DNA of 64,000 bases from an uncultured archaeon (lineage in GTDB: Archaea > Iainarchaeota > Iainarchaeia > Iainarchaeales > 1-14-0-10-31-34): positions 32,001 through 96,000 of the forward strand of contig CAZSOZ010000002.1 of the NCBI GenBank assembly GCA_964608675.1, in the 5' to 3' direction. Position numbers and translations under genes: made by a program. The number at the start of each line of letters is the position of its first letter. Position 1 is the first letter of the stretch. The notes under the pieces were generated by a model that did no database searches, was not told where the DNA came from, and saw only the letters and a program-made list of their open reading frames with translations. Shown in pieces: positions 37,067-47,403 of the stretch.

Positions 37067-37768
37067 TTAAAGAGATTGTTTTGTTTGGTTTTCAGTAATT
37101 GAAATAAAAATTTCGCCGAACCAGTCTTCCTGCCATAAATTGATTTTGTTTTCGTCCTGCAGGAACAGCAGGGGAATAAAAGTTTCAATTAAATGAGTGC
37201 TGGACTGTTCTTCAATTAAATGAGAAAACAATACAAGCCCTTGTGAATCAGCTTTTTTTTGTATTCTTGAAAAAACTTTTTCTTTTTTTTCGTCAATGTT
37301 TTCTTCTGCTATCGGTACCTGAAATTTTAGTTCAGGCATTTCTCTTAATTTTAATTTCTTTTTTTTGGTTTGGTCAACGATGTTTTCTATTGCTCCTACT
37401 AATTCATCCAAAGAAATTTTTCCTTCTCTTAAAGTTCTTACTTCTTTTAATTCAGGAATATATTCTTCTATTATTTTGTTCATTCCGTTTTGTGTTTCCT
37501 CTTCTTCTTCCAAGGAAGGAATTTTCAAAAGTTTTGATTTTGCTCTCAATAAAATAGCTGAAGCAAGAATTGCGTTTGCAGGAACCCTTAAATCTGTCTG
37601 CTCCATTGAATTAATTTTTTTCAGGTATTTTTCTGATAATTCAATTACATCAATATTCCAGGGATCCATTTTCTCTGAATTAACTAAATCCAGCAAAATA
37701 GTTTTCCATTCAGGCACATCAATTAATGAAATCAAATTAGTGTCGCCAAATTTAATGGATTCATGCAT
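37067..37768 (-). CDS. scpA: SMC kleisin ScpA
   Basis: MDPWNIDVIEL; AILASAILLRAKS; FIPLLFL; QEDWFGEI. Confidence 0.92.
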   Translation of the reverse strand: MHESIKFGDTNLISLIDVPEWKTILLDLVNSEKMDPWNIDVIELSEKYLKKINSMEQTDLRVPANAILASAILLRAKSKLLKIPSLEEEEETQNGMNKIIEEYIPELKEVRTLREGKISLDELVGAIENIVDQTKKKKLKLREMPELKFQVPIAEENIDEKKEKVFSRIQKKADSQGLVLFSHLIEEQSSTHLIETFIPLLFLQDENKINLWQEDWFGEIFISITENQTKQSL

Positions 37769-37845
37769 TATATCAATACGGCTTAAAAGTATTTTATTTT
37801 TTGCTTTTTTTCTGTTTTTTTTGGGTTTCTTCTGTCTGTTTTAAT

Positions 37846-38163
37846 TCATGTTCTTCTAGTTAAAAAAGTTTTTTTCGTTTTCTGTTTTTTTTTGTAGGGT
37901 TGTTCAGGGTTTTCAATTAAAACATTTTTTCCTGCAGATCTTTTTCGTTTTTCTAAATCCCTGTAAACAGGACTGCCTTTTATTTCTTTTTTTCCTTTTT
38001 TCATTAACCTGATTCTTTCTTCAGCCAAAAAATAACCTGTTCTTCGGTCTTTTTCTCGTGTTTCAGGCTGAATTCTTTTTTTCTTTAAGTTTGGTTTTGC
38101 TTTTTTTTCATCTTGTTTTTCATTTTTTTTATTAATGAAAGTATTTTTTTCATTTAACCACAA
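37846..38163 (-). CDS. Basic hypothetical protein, start probably frameshifted
   Basis: Lys/Arg-rich ORF; ATG at 38111 followed by A8 is one base out of frame with AKPNLKKK. Confidence 0.4.
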   Translation of the reverse strand: MWLNEKNTFINKKNEKQDEKKAKPNLKKKRIQPETREKDRRTGYFLAEERIRLMKKGKKEIKGSPVYRDLEKRKRSAGKNVLIENPEQPYKKKQKTKKTFLTRRT

Positions 38164-38235
38164 ACTTTTTTCTAACCGAAATTATTATTAATAGTTAAAC
38201 TATATTTATTACAAAGAAAAAACAGTTTTTTTTAG

Positions 38236-38958
38236 GTGATTGAATTGAAGAGAGTTCCATTAGGAATTGAAGGATTAGATGAATTAATTCAGGGAGGAGT
38301 TCCAAAAGGTTCTTCTATTTTAATTTCAGGAGGAGCAGGAACAGGAAAAACAATTTTTGCAACCCAATTTTTGTATAACGGAGCAACAAAGTACAATGAA
38401 GCAGGATTATATGTTACTTTGGAAACCAATTTAAAAAATATTACTTGGGACATGGAAAACTTTCGATGGGACATAAAAAAATTACAGGAAAAAGAATTAT
38501 TCAAGATTTACAAATTAAATTTAGCTGAAAAAGACTCTGAAAACATTGAAGAAGAAGTTTTAGAGGAATTAAATATTATTTCTGAATACATTGAAAAAGT
38601 TGGAGCCACAAGACTGGTGGTTGATTCAACTACTTCTCTTGCAATGTGGATTAGAGGAAGCGCAGCAATGAGAAAAACTTTGTTTCAGTTTACTGATGGA
38701 TTAAAAAAACTTGATTGCACTACTTTATTGACTTCTGAAACAAAAGGAGACAAAAGCACAATCAGTGCATTCGGAGTAGAAGAATTTGTTGTTGACGGAG
38801 TAATGGTTTTGTATTTGCATCCTCCTCATAGAACAATTTTTGTAAGAAAAATGAGGGGCACCAGCCAGTCAATGTCTCCTCATCCCTTTGAAATCACAGA
38901 AAACGGTATTGTTGTAAGAAGCAAAGAAGAAGTTCCATGGGAAGGAATCAAATTATAA
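38236..38958 (+). CDS. KaiC/RAD55-like RecA-superfamily ATPase (single domain)
   Basis: GIEGLDELIQGG; GGAGTGKT; RLVVDS; DGV; KMRGT. Confidence 0.92.
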   Translation: MIELKRVPLGIEGLDELIQGGVPKGSSILISGGAGTGKTIFATQFLYNGATKYNEAGLYVTLETNLKNITWDMENFRWDIKKLQEKELFKIYKLNLAEKDSENIEEEVLEELNIISEYIEKVGATRLVVDSTTSLAMWIRGSAAMRKTLFQFTDGLKKLDCTTLLTSETKGDKSTISAFGVEEFVVDGVMVLYLHPPHRTIFVRKMRGTSQSMSPHPFEITENGIVVRSKEEVPWEGIKL

Positions 38959-39023
38959 TTGATTGCCTTTTGCTCTTTTCTTCCTTTTTTATTCTTTTTC
39001 TTTTATATTTTTTTTTGATTTAA

Positions 39024-39629
39024 ATGAAAATAATTATTGGAGTAGATCATTTAGATAAATTTATTCCAGAAGTTTTAACTGAAGTTGAAAAGCAATCAAA
39101 AAAACTGAAAAAGAAAAGATTAAGAATAGGAATTGAATCAACTGAAAAAACAATCAAAGAACAATCTTTTTGGCTTAAATTATCTCTTAATCTTAAAGGA
39201 AAATCAGATATTGTTTTTCTTGACAGCATAACAGGCGCAAAAGTAGCTGATAGAGCAATGAAAACATTACAAACTTTGGGGACTGAACTTTCTCCGCAAA
39301 CATTAGAAAGATGCATGAAAGAACTTTATGTTGGAACAGAATTAAGAGACAAATCAATGATTAATAAAATTAGAAAACAAAAACCAGACATAATTATTGT
39401 GGGGGGAATTCATGCGTACAGTATTGGAAAAAAATTAAAAATTAAGCCAGTTTATGTTGGGAGCAATGCAAAAAAAACAAGGGAAATTGTAATGATTCTT
39501 AGAGAATTTTATGCTCCGTTTAAGAGAATTAGAAATAGAGAAAAATGGAAAAGATTTCATAAAAGAACTGAAAAAGAAAATCTAAGGCTGATGGAATACA
39601 ATGCCAAGAAAAATAAAAGAAAGCTTTAA
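39024..39629 (+). CDS. Hypothetical protein, TraB/TIKI/ChaN-like motifs
   Basis: IIIGVDH; GIES; RDKSM; IIVGGIHA. Confidence 0.5.
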   Translation: MKIIIGVDHLDKFIPEVLTEVEKQSKKLKKKRLRIGIESTEKTIKEQSFWLKLSLNLKGKSDIVFLDSITGAKVADRAMKTLQTLGTELSPQTLERCMKELYVGTELRDKSMINKIRKQKPDIIIVGGIHAYSIGKKLKIKPVYVGSNAKKTREIVMILREFYAPFKRIRNREKWKRFHKRTEKENLRLMEYNAKKNKRKL

Positions 39630-39660
39630 ATGAGATTCAAACTTATTAATACTGATTTAA

Positions 39661-40587
39661 ATGAAAGTTTTGGTTACAGGCGGAGCAGGTTTTATTGGAA
39701 GTAATACAGTTGATTTTCTTGTTAAAAACGGTTTTCAGGTTAATGTTCTTGATGATTTATCTTCAGGCTTCAAAGAATTAATTAATCCTCAGGCAAAATT
39801 TTTTCAGGGAAGTTTTGGCGACAAAAAAATCCTTAAAAAATCTTTAAATGAAGTTGAAGCAGTAATTCATTTTGCTTCTTTTATTTATCCTGAAGAATCA
39901 ATTCGTTTTCCTGAAAAATACTATAAAAATAATATTGCAAATTCTGTTGTTTTGCTGGAAGAAATGCGCAAAAAAAAAGTCAATAAAATGATTTTTTCTT
40001 CAAGCTGTTCTGTTTACGGTGAACCAAAACAAATTCCTGTTCCAGAAACAAATCCTTTGAATCCAATTACTCCTTACGGTGAAACAAAAAAAGCTTTTGA
40101 AAAAATTCTTGAATTATATTTTCATTCTTTTGGAATCAAAAGCATTTCTTTGCGTTATTTTAATCCTTTTGGTCCAAATGAACTGCATCAGCCGGAAATT
40201 CATGCAATTCCTAATTTTATTAAGGCAGTTCTTGAAGAAAAACCAATTCATGTTTTTGGAGATGGAAAACAGGTAAGGGATTTCTTTTTTGTTGAAGATT
40301 TAGTTAAAGCTCATGTTCTTGCCTTAAAAAAAATAAATCAAATAAATTTTGATGTATTTAATGCTGGCTCTGGTTTTGGGCATTCAGTTAATGAAGCCAT
40401 TAAAGAAATTTTTTCTTTAACAAAAAAAGAAACTAAAATACTTTTTTTGGAAAAAAGAGAAGGCGATCCAGTAAAACTTACTGCTGACATAACAAAAATA
40501 AAGAAAAAGCTTGGGTGGAAACCTGAAACAGATTTTAGAACAGCATTAAAAAAAACCATTGATTTTTTTGTTTTACAAAATAAATAG
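39661..40587 (+). CDS. galE: UDP-glucose 4-epimerase / NAD-dependent epimerase
   Basis: TGGAGFIG; FSSS; YGETK; LRYFN; VRDF. Confidence 0.88.
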   Translation: MKVLVTGGAGFIGSNTVDFLVKNGFQVNVLDDLSSGFKELINPQAKFFQGSFGDKKILKKSLNEVEAVIHFASFIYPEESIRFPEKYYKNNIANSVVLLEEMRKKKVNKMIFSSSCSVYGEPKQIPVPETNPLNPITPYGETKKAFEKILELYFHSFGIKSISLRYFNPFGPNELHQPEIHAIPNFIKAVLEEKPIHVFGDGKQVRDFFFVEDLVKAHVLALKKINQINFDVFNAGSGFGHSVNEAIKEIFSLTKKETKILFLEKREGDPVKLTADITKIKKKLGWKPETDFRTALKKTIDFFVLQNK

Positions 40588-40652
40588 CCTTAAAAAAAGA
40601 AAACATGACTTATTATTAAGATTTTTTCTTTTAGAAAAAAAGGGGTGAATTA

Positions 40653-41903
40653 ATGAATAAATTTAATGCAGTTTTAATTGGATTGCTTTCTTTGATTTTA
40701 ATTTCTTCTTTTGTTTTAGCTGAATTAAATTCAGATGATTTATCTGAATCAGAGGACCTTGACATTAAAGAAGATGCAGAATTAGAGGAAGCAGAAGAAA
40801 AAACAATTCCTTTAGAAGAACTTAAAGACGAAAGAATTCTTTCAAATGGAAGAATAAAACCTTACATTCGAACACTGTTTTTTTCAGGCACAGGAATTGC
40901 TTCAAGTCCTGTTGATGCACTTGACTTTTATACAGTTAAAGTGGCAGGAGGAAAAGTTGTTTTATCTGATGGAAACATTATTGGAAGAGGCACTCTTGTT
41001 TTGGATGACCAAAAATTCAGGTTAGTTGATTTGGTTATTGAAGGAGACCATGCCAGAGCAAAAATTTTTTCTGTTAATGCAGACAACAGTACTTCTGATT
41101 TAAGTGAAGTTGGAAACCTTGATTTAACTAAAGTTGCAAAGCCTTCTGTTGACGTTTGGGCAGGAAAAATGGTTTTCAAAGAAAAAAACTATAATTTTTA
41201 TTTAATTAACCATAAAAGAGAATTTAAAGCAGAAGAAGTTGCAGAGAAAGCAAGAAATTACTGCAGAGACCACCCTTACGACGAAAAATGCAAGTCTGTT
41301 GCAGGATACTTGTGCAAGGAAAACAACGAGGAATGCAGATTAAAAGTTTATAAGTATTGTCAGGACCACAAAGATGATGCAAGATGCAAAGAATTAACTT
41401 TAAGGTATTGTGCAGGAAACTTGAAGGATGCAAGATGCAGAGAATTAAATGAATCTTATTGTAATGAAAACCCTGATTCTTCTTACTGCAATCATGAAGC
41501 AGTTGATTTTTGCAAAGAAAACCCTGATAATGAAAGATGCAGAAATGTTTTTGCAGAATACTGCAAAGAACACTCTAACGAATTAAGATGCAATGCAGAA
41601 GAACTTGCTTTTTGCAGAAAAAATCCTTTAAATGAAAAATGTGTTCCAATATTAAAGCAGTACTGTGAATTCAATCAAAAAGCTTTAGTGTGTGCAGACC
41701 TAAAAATTGATTACTGTAAAGAAAACCCTGATACATTAAGATGCAAAGCAACTGCAACAGCTTTATGTACTTTGCCTGAATACAAGGATTCAGAGAAATG
41801 CACTCAAATTATTTCTCAGGCAAAAGAAAGAGTCAGAGAAGCAGTCAGGAACGCAGAACAAATTGCAAACAAAATAAATTCTCAGGTTAATTCAGGTGAT
41901 TGA
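40653..41903 (+). CDS. Secreted protein with 11 Cys-pair repeats
   Basis: Signal peptide; repeats [YF]C-x8-C with about 17-aa period. Confidence 0.85.
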   Translation: MNKFNAVLIGLLSLILISSFVLAELNSDDLSESEDLDIKEDAELEEAEEKTIPLEELKDERILSNGRIKPYIRTLFFSGTGIASSPVDALDFYTVKVAGGKVVLSDGNIIGRGTLVLDDQKFRLVDLVIEGDHARAKIFSVNADNSTSDLSEVGNLDLTKVAKPSVDVWAGKMVFKEKNYNFYLINHKREFKAEEVAEKARNYCRDHPYDEKCKSVAGYLCKENNEECRLKVYKYCQDHKDDARCKELTLRYCAGNLKDARCRELNESYCNENPDSSYCNHEAVDFCKENPDNERCRNVFAEYCKEHSNELRCNAEELAFCRKNPLNEKCVPILKQYCEFNQKALVCADLKIDYCKENPDTLRCKATATALCTLPEYKDSEKCTQIISQAKERVREAVRNAEQIANKINSQVNSGD

Positions 41904-42130
41904 ATTTGAACAAAAAATTTTTGCTTTTGGTTTTTGTTTTGACTGCAGTTTTGTTGAGCGGATGCTTTAAGCCGGACACACTTGAACAAAAAGAACCAAA
42001 AACCACTCAAAAAGAACAAACTCAAAAAGATTCTTTGTCTTCAGATGAAGAAATTGATTCTTTGTTTGAAGAAGAACTTGAAAGCCTTTCCGAAGAAAAT
42101 TTAACTGGCTTAGAAGAAGAATTAACTTAA
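41900..42130 (+). CDS. Small acidic lipoprotein
   Basis: Lipobox LLSGC; acidic tail; overlaps the upstream stop. Confidence 0.8.
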   Translation: MNLNKKFLLLVFVLTAVLLSGCFKPDTLEQKEPKTTQKEQTQKDSLSSDEEIDSLFEEELESLSEENLTGLEEELT

Positions 42131-42236
42131 TTCTTCTTCTTTTTTTGTTTTTGCTTAATTTATTTTTTTAGTTTTTTCTTTTTCTGTTTTTTTTTTGACC
42201 GCAATAAATATAAATCATTAAATCGTATTCTATTAG

Positions 42237-44930
42237 ATGAATTCATCAAAAATCTTTGTTTTGATTGCATTCCTTTTATTTTTTTCAGTTAATGTTTCAG
42301 CTGAATTCAAGTTTATTATTTCAAATGTTTCAGTTACTACTATTGCTAATCCTACCGGCGGTTCTAATGGTCCAAATGCACCGGGTCAAAACGCTTATTA
42401 TTCTTATCCTCCTTATGTGACTTTAGAGGAAGGAAATCCTCATGACTGGATTGAATTAAAATTCACTATTACTAATGATTCAACTCTTTTAGGGGAAGAC
42501 AGAGAAGTAAATGATTTTCGTTTAAGAATCGGGCTTTATAGGCTTTCTGATCCAAGCGTGTATGAAGCAAATTTTCCTGATTCGCATGGCGACTGGAGTC
42601 AAGTGCATAACATTTTTATTGAATATCACTGGGATGAAGACAACAGTTTTTATTTTGATTCAGACGGTCCTTTTTTTAGAGGAGACACAAGACAATTTAC
42701 TGTTCCTGTTCCAATCAACAACGTTGAAAACACGATTTCTGAATATCAAAGAAGATTTATTGGAGTTTTTGGTTTAACAACTGAAGGCGGAACTACAATT
42801 GATGTTCAGGTTCCAACAATTGACATTTATGTTCATGACCCTGAATTTGTGCCTGAACCAGTAGTTAATGACATTGATGCTTTTCTTGATCCTATAACCT
42901 GTTATGATTCAGGCGCTCCTGTTTTGCCTGCTCCTGGTTCAGGAACAGTTAATCCTTATGATCCAATAAGATGTGATTTACATGATTCTAATACAGTTTA
43001 TTATGAAGTAATGATTGAAGACGTTAATTCAATGCATGATGGAACAAACTATTATTTGACTGCTGATTCAATTGTTTTAAGTTGTTTTACTTTTAGTTAT
43101 TCAAATGGAGTTTTAGGAGGAAATCAAAGAGTTAATCATTCTTTTAGAGGGTATCCTTCAAATCCTACTCCTGGGTTTGGAGGAATTGTTTATGAAGGCT
43201 TTCCTGCAAGCTGTGATTTTTTGCATTATGCTTCAGAACAACCAATGCATTCTGATTGCGGTATTTTTGGAGGGTCAGCTTATACAGGTGTTCCGGAATA
43301 TTCTGTCCCTCCTAATTACATTGAAATCCCTGATTGCCCTGCTGGTTCAGATTGTCCTTTACAGGATCAAAACGTTTATTATAATGTTAATAATTTGACT
43401 TTTGAAAAATTTTTGGATCCTGCTGTTTACACTTTTTCTTTCGGAGACCAAAAAATTTTTAAGGGAACTTTTACTAATGCTGAAACAGGAGGAAACATGA
43501 AGTGTACCGGCTGGGTTAACTATAAAGTTTTTGATTCAACTGGAAATATTGTAAGGTCAATTCAAGGAAGCCAGTCTGGAGATAATACTTTAATTCATGA
43601 TGGAAGCAACACTCGTTCTTATGATGGAACGCATGACATTGGAGATTATTATGCACATATAATTAAGCTTGCAGGCCATGATGCTTTTGTTGTAAGAGGA
43701 ACAGGAAATTTTGCTGCTTTAAGTTCTTTTGTAAGACCTTTACAGCCTTGGGTTGTTCAGATTCCAATAAGAAATAATGGAGCTCCATGGAATGGAGCAA
43801 ATCCAAAAGACATATTATATATTGACATTAATCTTTTGTCTGATGACTGGGGAGACATGCCAAGCAAGACTTTTCTTTTAGATGGAAGCGATAGCCAGCA
43901 TACTTTAAATACTGATGAAGAAAAATTCTTTTATCCTGAGTTTGCAGTTAATAAAGGATGGTATCATCAGTTTTTGGAAGCAGCTGCAATGAAAGCAAAA
44001 CTGTATAATGAAAAAGGATGGATTTATGATTTGACTCCTGATGAAAGAATAAGCAATTTGCGTTTAATTACAATTTTGCATCCAATATGGAATGATTATT
44101 TTAATGACCTGTATGGACCCGGAGCATGTTTTACTATGCAAAGCATTGATAAATTATGCTGGTGGAACAGTTTAACTTGGAATACTGCTTTTGATTTGAA
44201 TGCAGGAGAAGACTATAATTTTGTTTTAAGGTTAAGGAATCCTTTTGATACAAGTGAACCCTTTAAATTAAGTTATGAAACAAGCAATCCAAACAGCGCC
44301 AGACTTGAATTTGAGCCTGAAACAAATCTTGTTCCTCCTTTTAGTTCTCCTCTTGGTTTTGGCTACAAATATGCAAAATTAATTTTAAAGAATCCTAATA
44401 TAATTCATGGAGATATAAATTATAATGTTTTAGATACCTCTGTTAATTATCCTTTTGTTTGGGATAACTTGGACATGCAATTAAGAAGTTATTCTCATAA
44501 TTTAAAGCTTGAAGACTTTAAGGTTGTTCCTGAAAAAAAGCGTTATTCTTTGGGGGAAGAACTTGATTTTCAGTTTGTTATAAGAAACACAGGAGACAAG
44601 AAAGCTGAAGACATTAATTTTATGGTGGTTTCTTCTATGGATCCTACTGTAAGATTTTATGCTCCTGCAAACACTGATATTCCTGCAGGAGGAGCAATCA
44701 CTGTAAAGAATCCTTCAAACCAAAAGCTTCCGGCAATTCCCTACAAAGGAGTGTTTTTTGTTGAAGCAACAGTTAAAAAACTTCCAAATGAATTTGATGG
44801 TTCAGATAACGATGCATTAATTTATCTTGAAACAGAATATTCAGGAGATATTTCAAATCTGCCGGAAATTCCGGTATGGTTTACTGTATTTATTGTTTTA
44901 ATTGTATTGTTAGTGGTGAAAAAAAAATGA
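42237..44930 (+). CDS. Large cell-surface protein with CARDB/Ig-like domain and PEF-CTERM-like anchor
   Basis: Signal peptide; FVIRNTGD...EFDGSDN; C-terminal LPEIP + TM + KKK. Confidence 0.85.
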   Translation: MNSSKIFVLIAFLLFFSVNVSAEFKFIISNVSVTTIANPTGGSNGPNAPGQNAYYSYPPYVTLEEGNPHDWIELKFTITNDSTLLGEDREVNDFRLRIGLYRLSDPSVYEANFPDSHGDWSQVHNIFIEYHWDEDNSFYFDSDGPFFRGDTRQFTVPVPINNVENTISEYQRRFIGVFGLTTEGGTTIDVQVPTIDIYVHDPEFVPEPVVNDIDAFLDPITCYDSGAPVLPAPGSGTVNPYDPIRCDLHDSNTVYYEVMIEDVNSMHDGTNYYLTADSIVLSCFTFSYSNGVLGGNQRVNHSFRGYPSNPTPGFGGIVYEGFPASCDFLHYASEQPMHSDCGIFGGSAYTGVPEYSVPPNYIEIPDCPAGSDCPLQDQNVYYNVNNLTFEKFLDPAVYTFSFGDQKIFKGTFTNAETGGNMKCTGWVNYKVFDSTGNIVRSIQGSQSGDNTLIHDGSNTRSYDGTHDIGDYYAHIIKLAGHDAFVVRGTGNFAALSSFVRPLQPWVVQIPIRNNGAPWNGANPKDILYIDINLLSDDWGDMPSKTFLLDGSDSQHTLNTDEEKFFYPEFAVNKGWYHQFLEAAAMKAKLYNEKGWIYDLTPDERISNLRLITILHPIWNDYFNDLYGPGACFTMQSIDKLCWWNSLTWNTAFDLNAGEDYNFVLRLRNPFDTSEPFKLSYETSNPNSARLEFEPETNLVPPFSSPLGFGYKYAKLILKNPNIIHGDINYNVLDTSVNYPFVWDNLDMQLRSYSHNLKLEDFKVVPEKKRYSLGEELDFQFVIRNTGDKKAEDINFMVVSSMDPTVRFYAPANTDIPAGGAITVKNPSNQKLPAIPYKGVFFVEATVKKLPNEFDGSDNDALIYLETEYSGDISNLPEIPVWFTVFIVLIVLLVVKKK

Positions 44931-45598
44931 AAAAAATTTTGGTTTTATTTTTGGCATTAATTTTCTTGTTTTCTTTTGTTTATTCAGATGAATCAGAGCC
45001 TTACTCCAAAGAAGATTTCAAACAGAGAATTGAAAAAGCACTGGAATACAATTTGCAGGAAGCACATTTGATTGCTGATTCAGGCAATTCAGAAGCATTA
45101 GGAAAAAACCTTGCCAGATTAAATGAATTAAAGCCTCAAGCAATAAAAGAATACAATGAATTTTATGATGCTTATTATAAAGGAAATTTGAATAAAGTAA
45201 TTGAACAGACAGAAAAATTAGAGAAAATTTTTGATGAAATGAATTCTTTAATGGTTACAGTAATTAAGTTTGAAGGAATTTACAGAAACATTTTTACTTG
45301 GAGGCTTCAGCTTGAAAGACTAATTCAAAACAAGGCATTTAATCCAAAAGACGAAAATTATTCAGAAAACATTACTGCAGTAAAAGAAAACACTGGTTCA
45401 GTTCAGGATATAACTGACTGCTGTAAAACACAGTCTGAATCAAATTGCTGTAAAGCAAAAAAGAAAGCTTTGTTCTGCCAGCAAAACCCTGAAGCAAAAG
45501 AATGCAGTGAAAAAGAATTTGATTTCATTATTGTTTTTGTAGTTATTGCTGTAATTCTTGCTTCAGCTTTAATTTATTTCCTGTTTGTCAAGAAATAA
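44927..45598 (+). CDS. Membrane-anchored secreted protein with one Cys-pair repeat
   Basis: ATGA overlap; MKKILVLFL signal; FCQQNPEAKEC; C-terminal TM + KK. Confidence 0.8.
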   Translation: MKKILVLFLALIFLFSFVYSDESEPYSKEDFKQRIEKALEYNLQEAHLIADSGNSEALGKNLARLNELKPQAIKEYNEFYDAYYKGNLNKVIEQTEKLEKIFDEMNSLMVTVIKFEGIYRNIFTWRLQLERLIQNKAFNPKDENYSENITAVKENTGSVQDITDCCKTQSESNCCKAKKKALFCQQNPEAKECSEKEFDFIIVFVVIAVILASALIYFLFVKK

Positions 45599-45691
45599 AA
45601 AATGCCATCAAAAACTGTCATTCATTTATTAAATTTTCCCTTTACTTTTTTTATTAATTAATTTTTTTATTTTTTTTTTAGGAGGAATTTT

Positions 45692-46945
45692 ATGCCGGAT
45701 ATAAAGGATGAAAAGCTTTCAGAAAAAGGAAAGCAGAGAATTGAATGGGCAGAAAAACACATGCCTGTTTTAAGGTTGATTAAAGAAAGATTTGAAAAAG
45801 AAAAACCCTTAAAAGGATTAAAAATTGGGTGCTGTCTGCATGTTACAACTGAAACAGCTAACTTAATGAGAACATTAAAAGCTGGGGGAGCAGAAGTAAA
45901 ATTGTGTGCTTCAAATCCTTTAAGTACTCAGGATGACGTTGCAGCAGCTTTAGTAAAAGAATATGGAATAGATGTTTATGCAATTACAGGAGAAAGCAAT
46001 GAAATTTATTATCAGCATATTAATTCTGTTTTGGATTCAAAACCTAATATTACTATGGATGATGGAGCAGATTTAGTTTCAACAATTCATTCAAAAAGAA
46101 AAGAGTGCCTTGAAGGTATTCTTGCAGGCACAGAAGAAACTACAACAGGAGTCATTAGATTTAAGGCAATGGAACGAGACAAAGTATTAAAGTACCCTAT
46201 TATTGCAGTAAATGATGCAACCACAAAATTCATGTTTGACAACAGGTATGGTACTGGTCAAAGCACTTTAGACGGCATTATTAGGGCAACAAATATTTTG
46301 TTGGCAGGAAAAAATGTTGTTGTAGCAGGATACGGCTGGTGTGGAAGAGGTTTTGCATTAAAAGCAAAAGGATTAGGAGCAAATGTAATTATAACAGAAG
46401 TTGATCATTTGAAGGCTTTGGAAGCAAGAATGGATGGTTTTAGAGTTAAACCTATGAATGATGCATGCAAAATAGCAGATTTGATTGTAACTTTAACCGG
46501 CGACATTAATGTAATCGACAAACATCATTTTGAATTAATGAAACCTGAATGTATTATATGCAATTCAGGGCATTTCAATGTAGAAATAAATATTGCTGAA
46601 CTAGAAAAAATGAAGAAATCAAAAAGAAAAGCAAGAGATTTTGTTGAAGAATATGTTTTGCAGGACAACAAAAGAATTTATATTTTAGGTGAAGGAAGAC
46701 TGATTAATTTAGCTGCAGCAGAAGGCCATCCTGCAGATGTAATGGACATGAGTTTTGCAAATCAGGCTTTGTCAGCAGAATTTATTTCAAAAAACAAAGG
46801 AAAACTTGAAGTAAAAGTTCATGTTGTGCCGGAAGAATTAGACAAACAGATTGCAAAATTAAAGCTTGAATCAATGGGAATTAAAATTGACACTTTAACA
46901 GAAGAACAAAAAAAATATTTGGCTTCATGGGAAATGGGAACATAA
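45692..46945 (+). CDS. ahcY: Adenosylhomocysteinase
   Basis: CLHVT; SNPLSTQD; MDDGAD; EETTTG; [10 protein letters not shown]; GHFNVEI. Confidence 0.98.
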   Translation: MPDIKDEKLSEKGKQRIEWAEKHMPVLRLIKERFEKEKPLKGLKIGCCLHVTTETANLMRTLKAGGAEVKLCASNPLSTQDDVAAALVKEYGIDVYAITGESNEIYYQHINSVLDSKPNITMDDGADLVSTIHSKRKECLEGILAGTEETTTGVIRFKAMERDKVLKYPIIAVNDATTKFMFDNRYGTGQSTLDGIIRATNILLAGKNVVVAGYGWCGRGFALKAKGLGANVIITEVDHLKALEARMDGFRVKPMNDACKIADLIVTLTGDINVIDKHHFELMKPECIICNSGHFNVEINIAELEKMKKSKRKARDFVEEYVLQDNKRIYILGEGRLINLAAAEGHPADVMDMSFANQALSAEFISKNKGKLEVKVHVVPEELDKQIAKLKLESMGIKIDTLTEEQKKYLASWEMGT

Positions 46946-47117
46946 GCTTTAAATAGTTCTTTTAACTACTTTTAAGTTCAAGAAGGGTTTGAATAATTAA
47001 AAAATAAAACCCGTAAAAAAAAACTAAAATATCAAAAAAAAAGAGATTTAAATTAAATCATTATTTAAAAAAATTTCTTTTCCAAAAAAAAACAAAAATA
47101 ATTTTTTTTAGGAGGAT

Positions 47118-47372
47118 TTGATTAAAATGCCAAAAAAGAAAAAAAAGAAAACTAAAAAGAAGGCAGCAAAAAAAACCAGAAAGAAAAAAACTGCAGGAAA
47201 AACAAAAAAGAAAAAATCCACAGAAAAAAAAATAACAAGAAAGCCTGCAAAAAAAACAACTAAAAAACAGCTTGTCCCCAAAAAAACCACAAGCAAACTT
47301 AAAAAGGAAGACAAACCAAAAAAGTTTTCTGAAACAATAATGGATTTGTTAAGAGAATTTGACAAGCACTAA
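47118..47372 (+). CDS. Histone H1-like Lys-rich protein
   Basis: GGAGG SD; KKKAAKKT/KPAKKT repeats; short helical C-terminus. Confidence 0.75.
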   Translation: MIKMPKKKKKKTKKKAAKKTRKKKTAGKTKKKKSTEKKITRKPAKKTTKKQLVPKKTTSKLKKEDKPKKFSETIMDLLREFDKH

Positions 47373-47403
47373 ATAAAATGTTTTCCTTTTTTATTTTTTA
47401 TTT

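Noticed and set aside
38236-38958. Circadian clock KaiC
   Set aside because: Single domain with no kaiA or kaiB nearby; a common archaeal KaiC-like ATPase
45599-45691. SAH or SAM riboswitch upstream of ahcY
   Set aside because: Short AT-rich region with no structured motif
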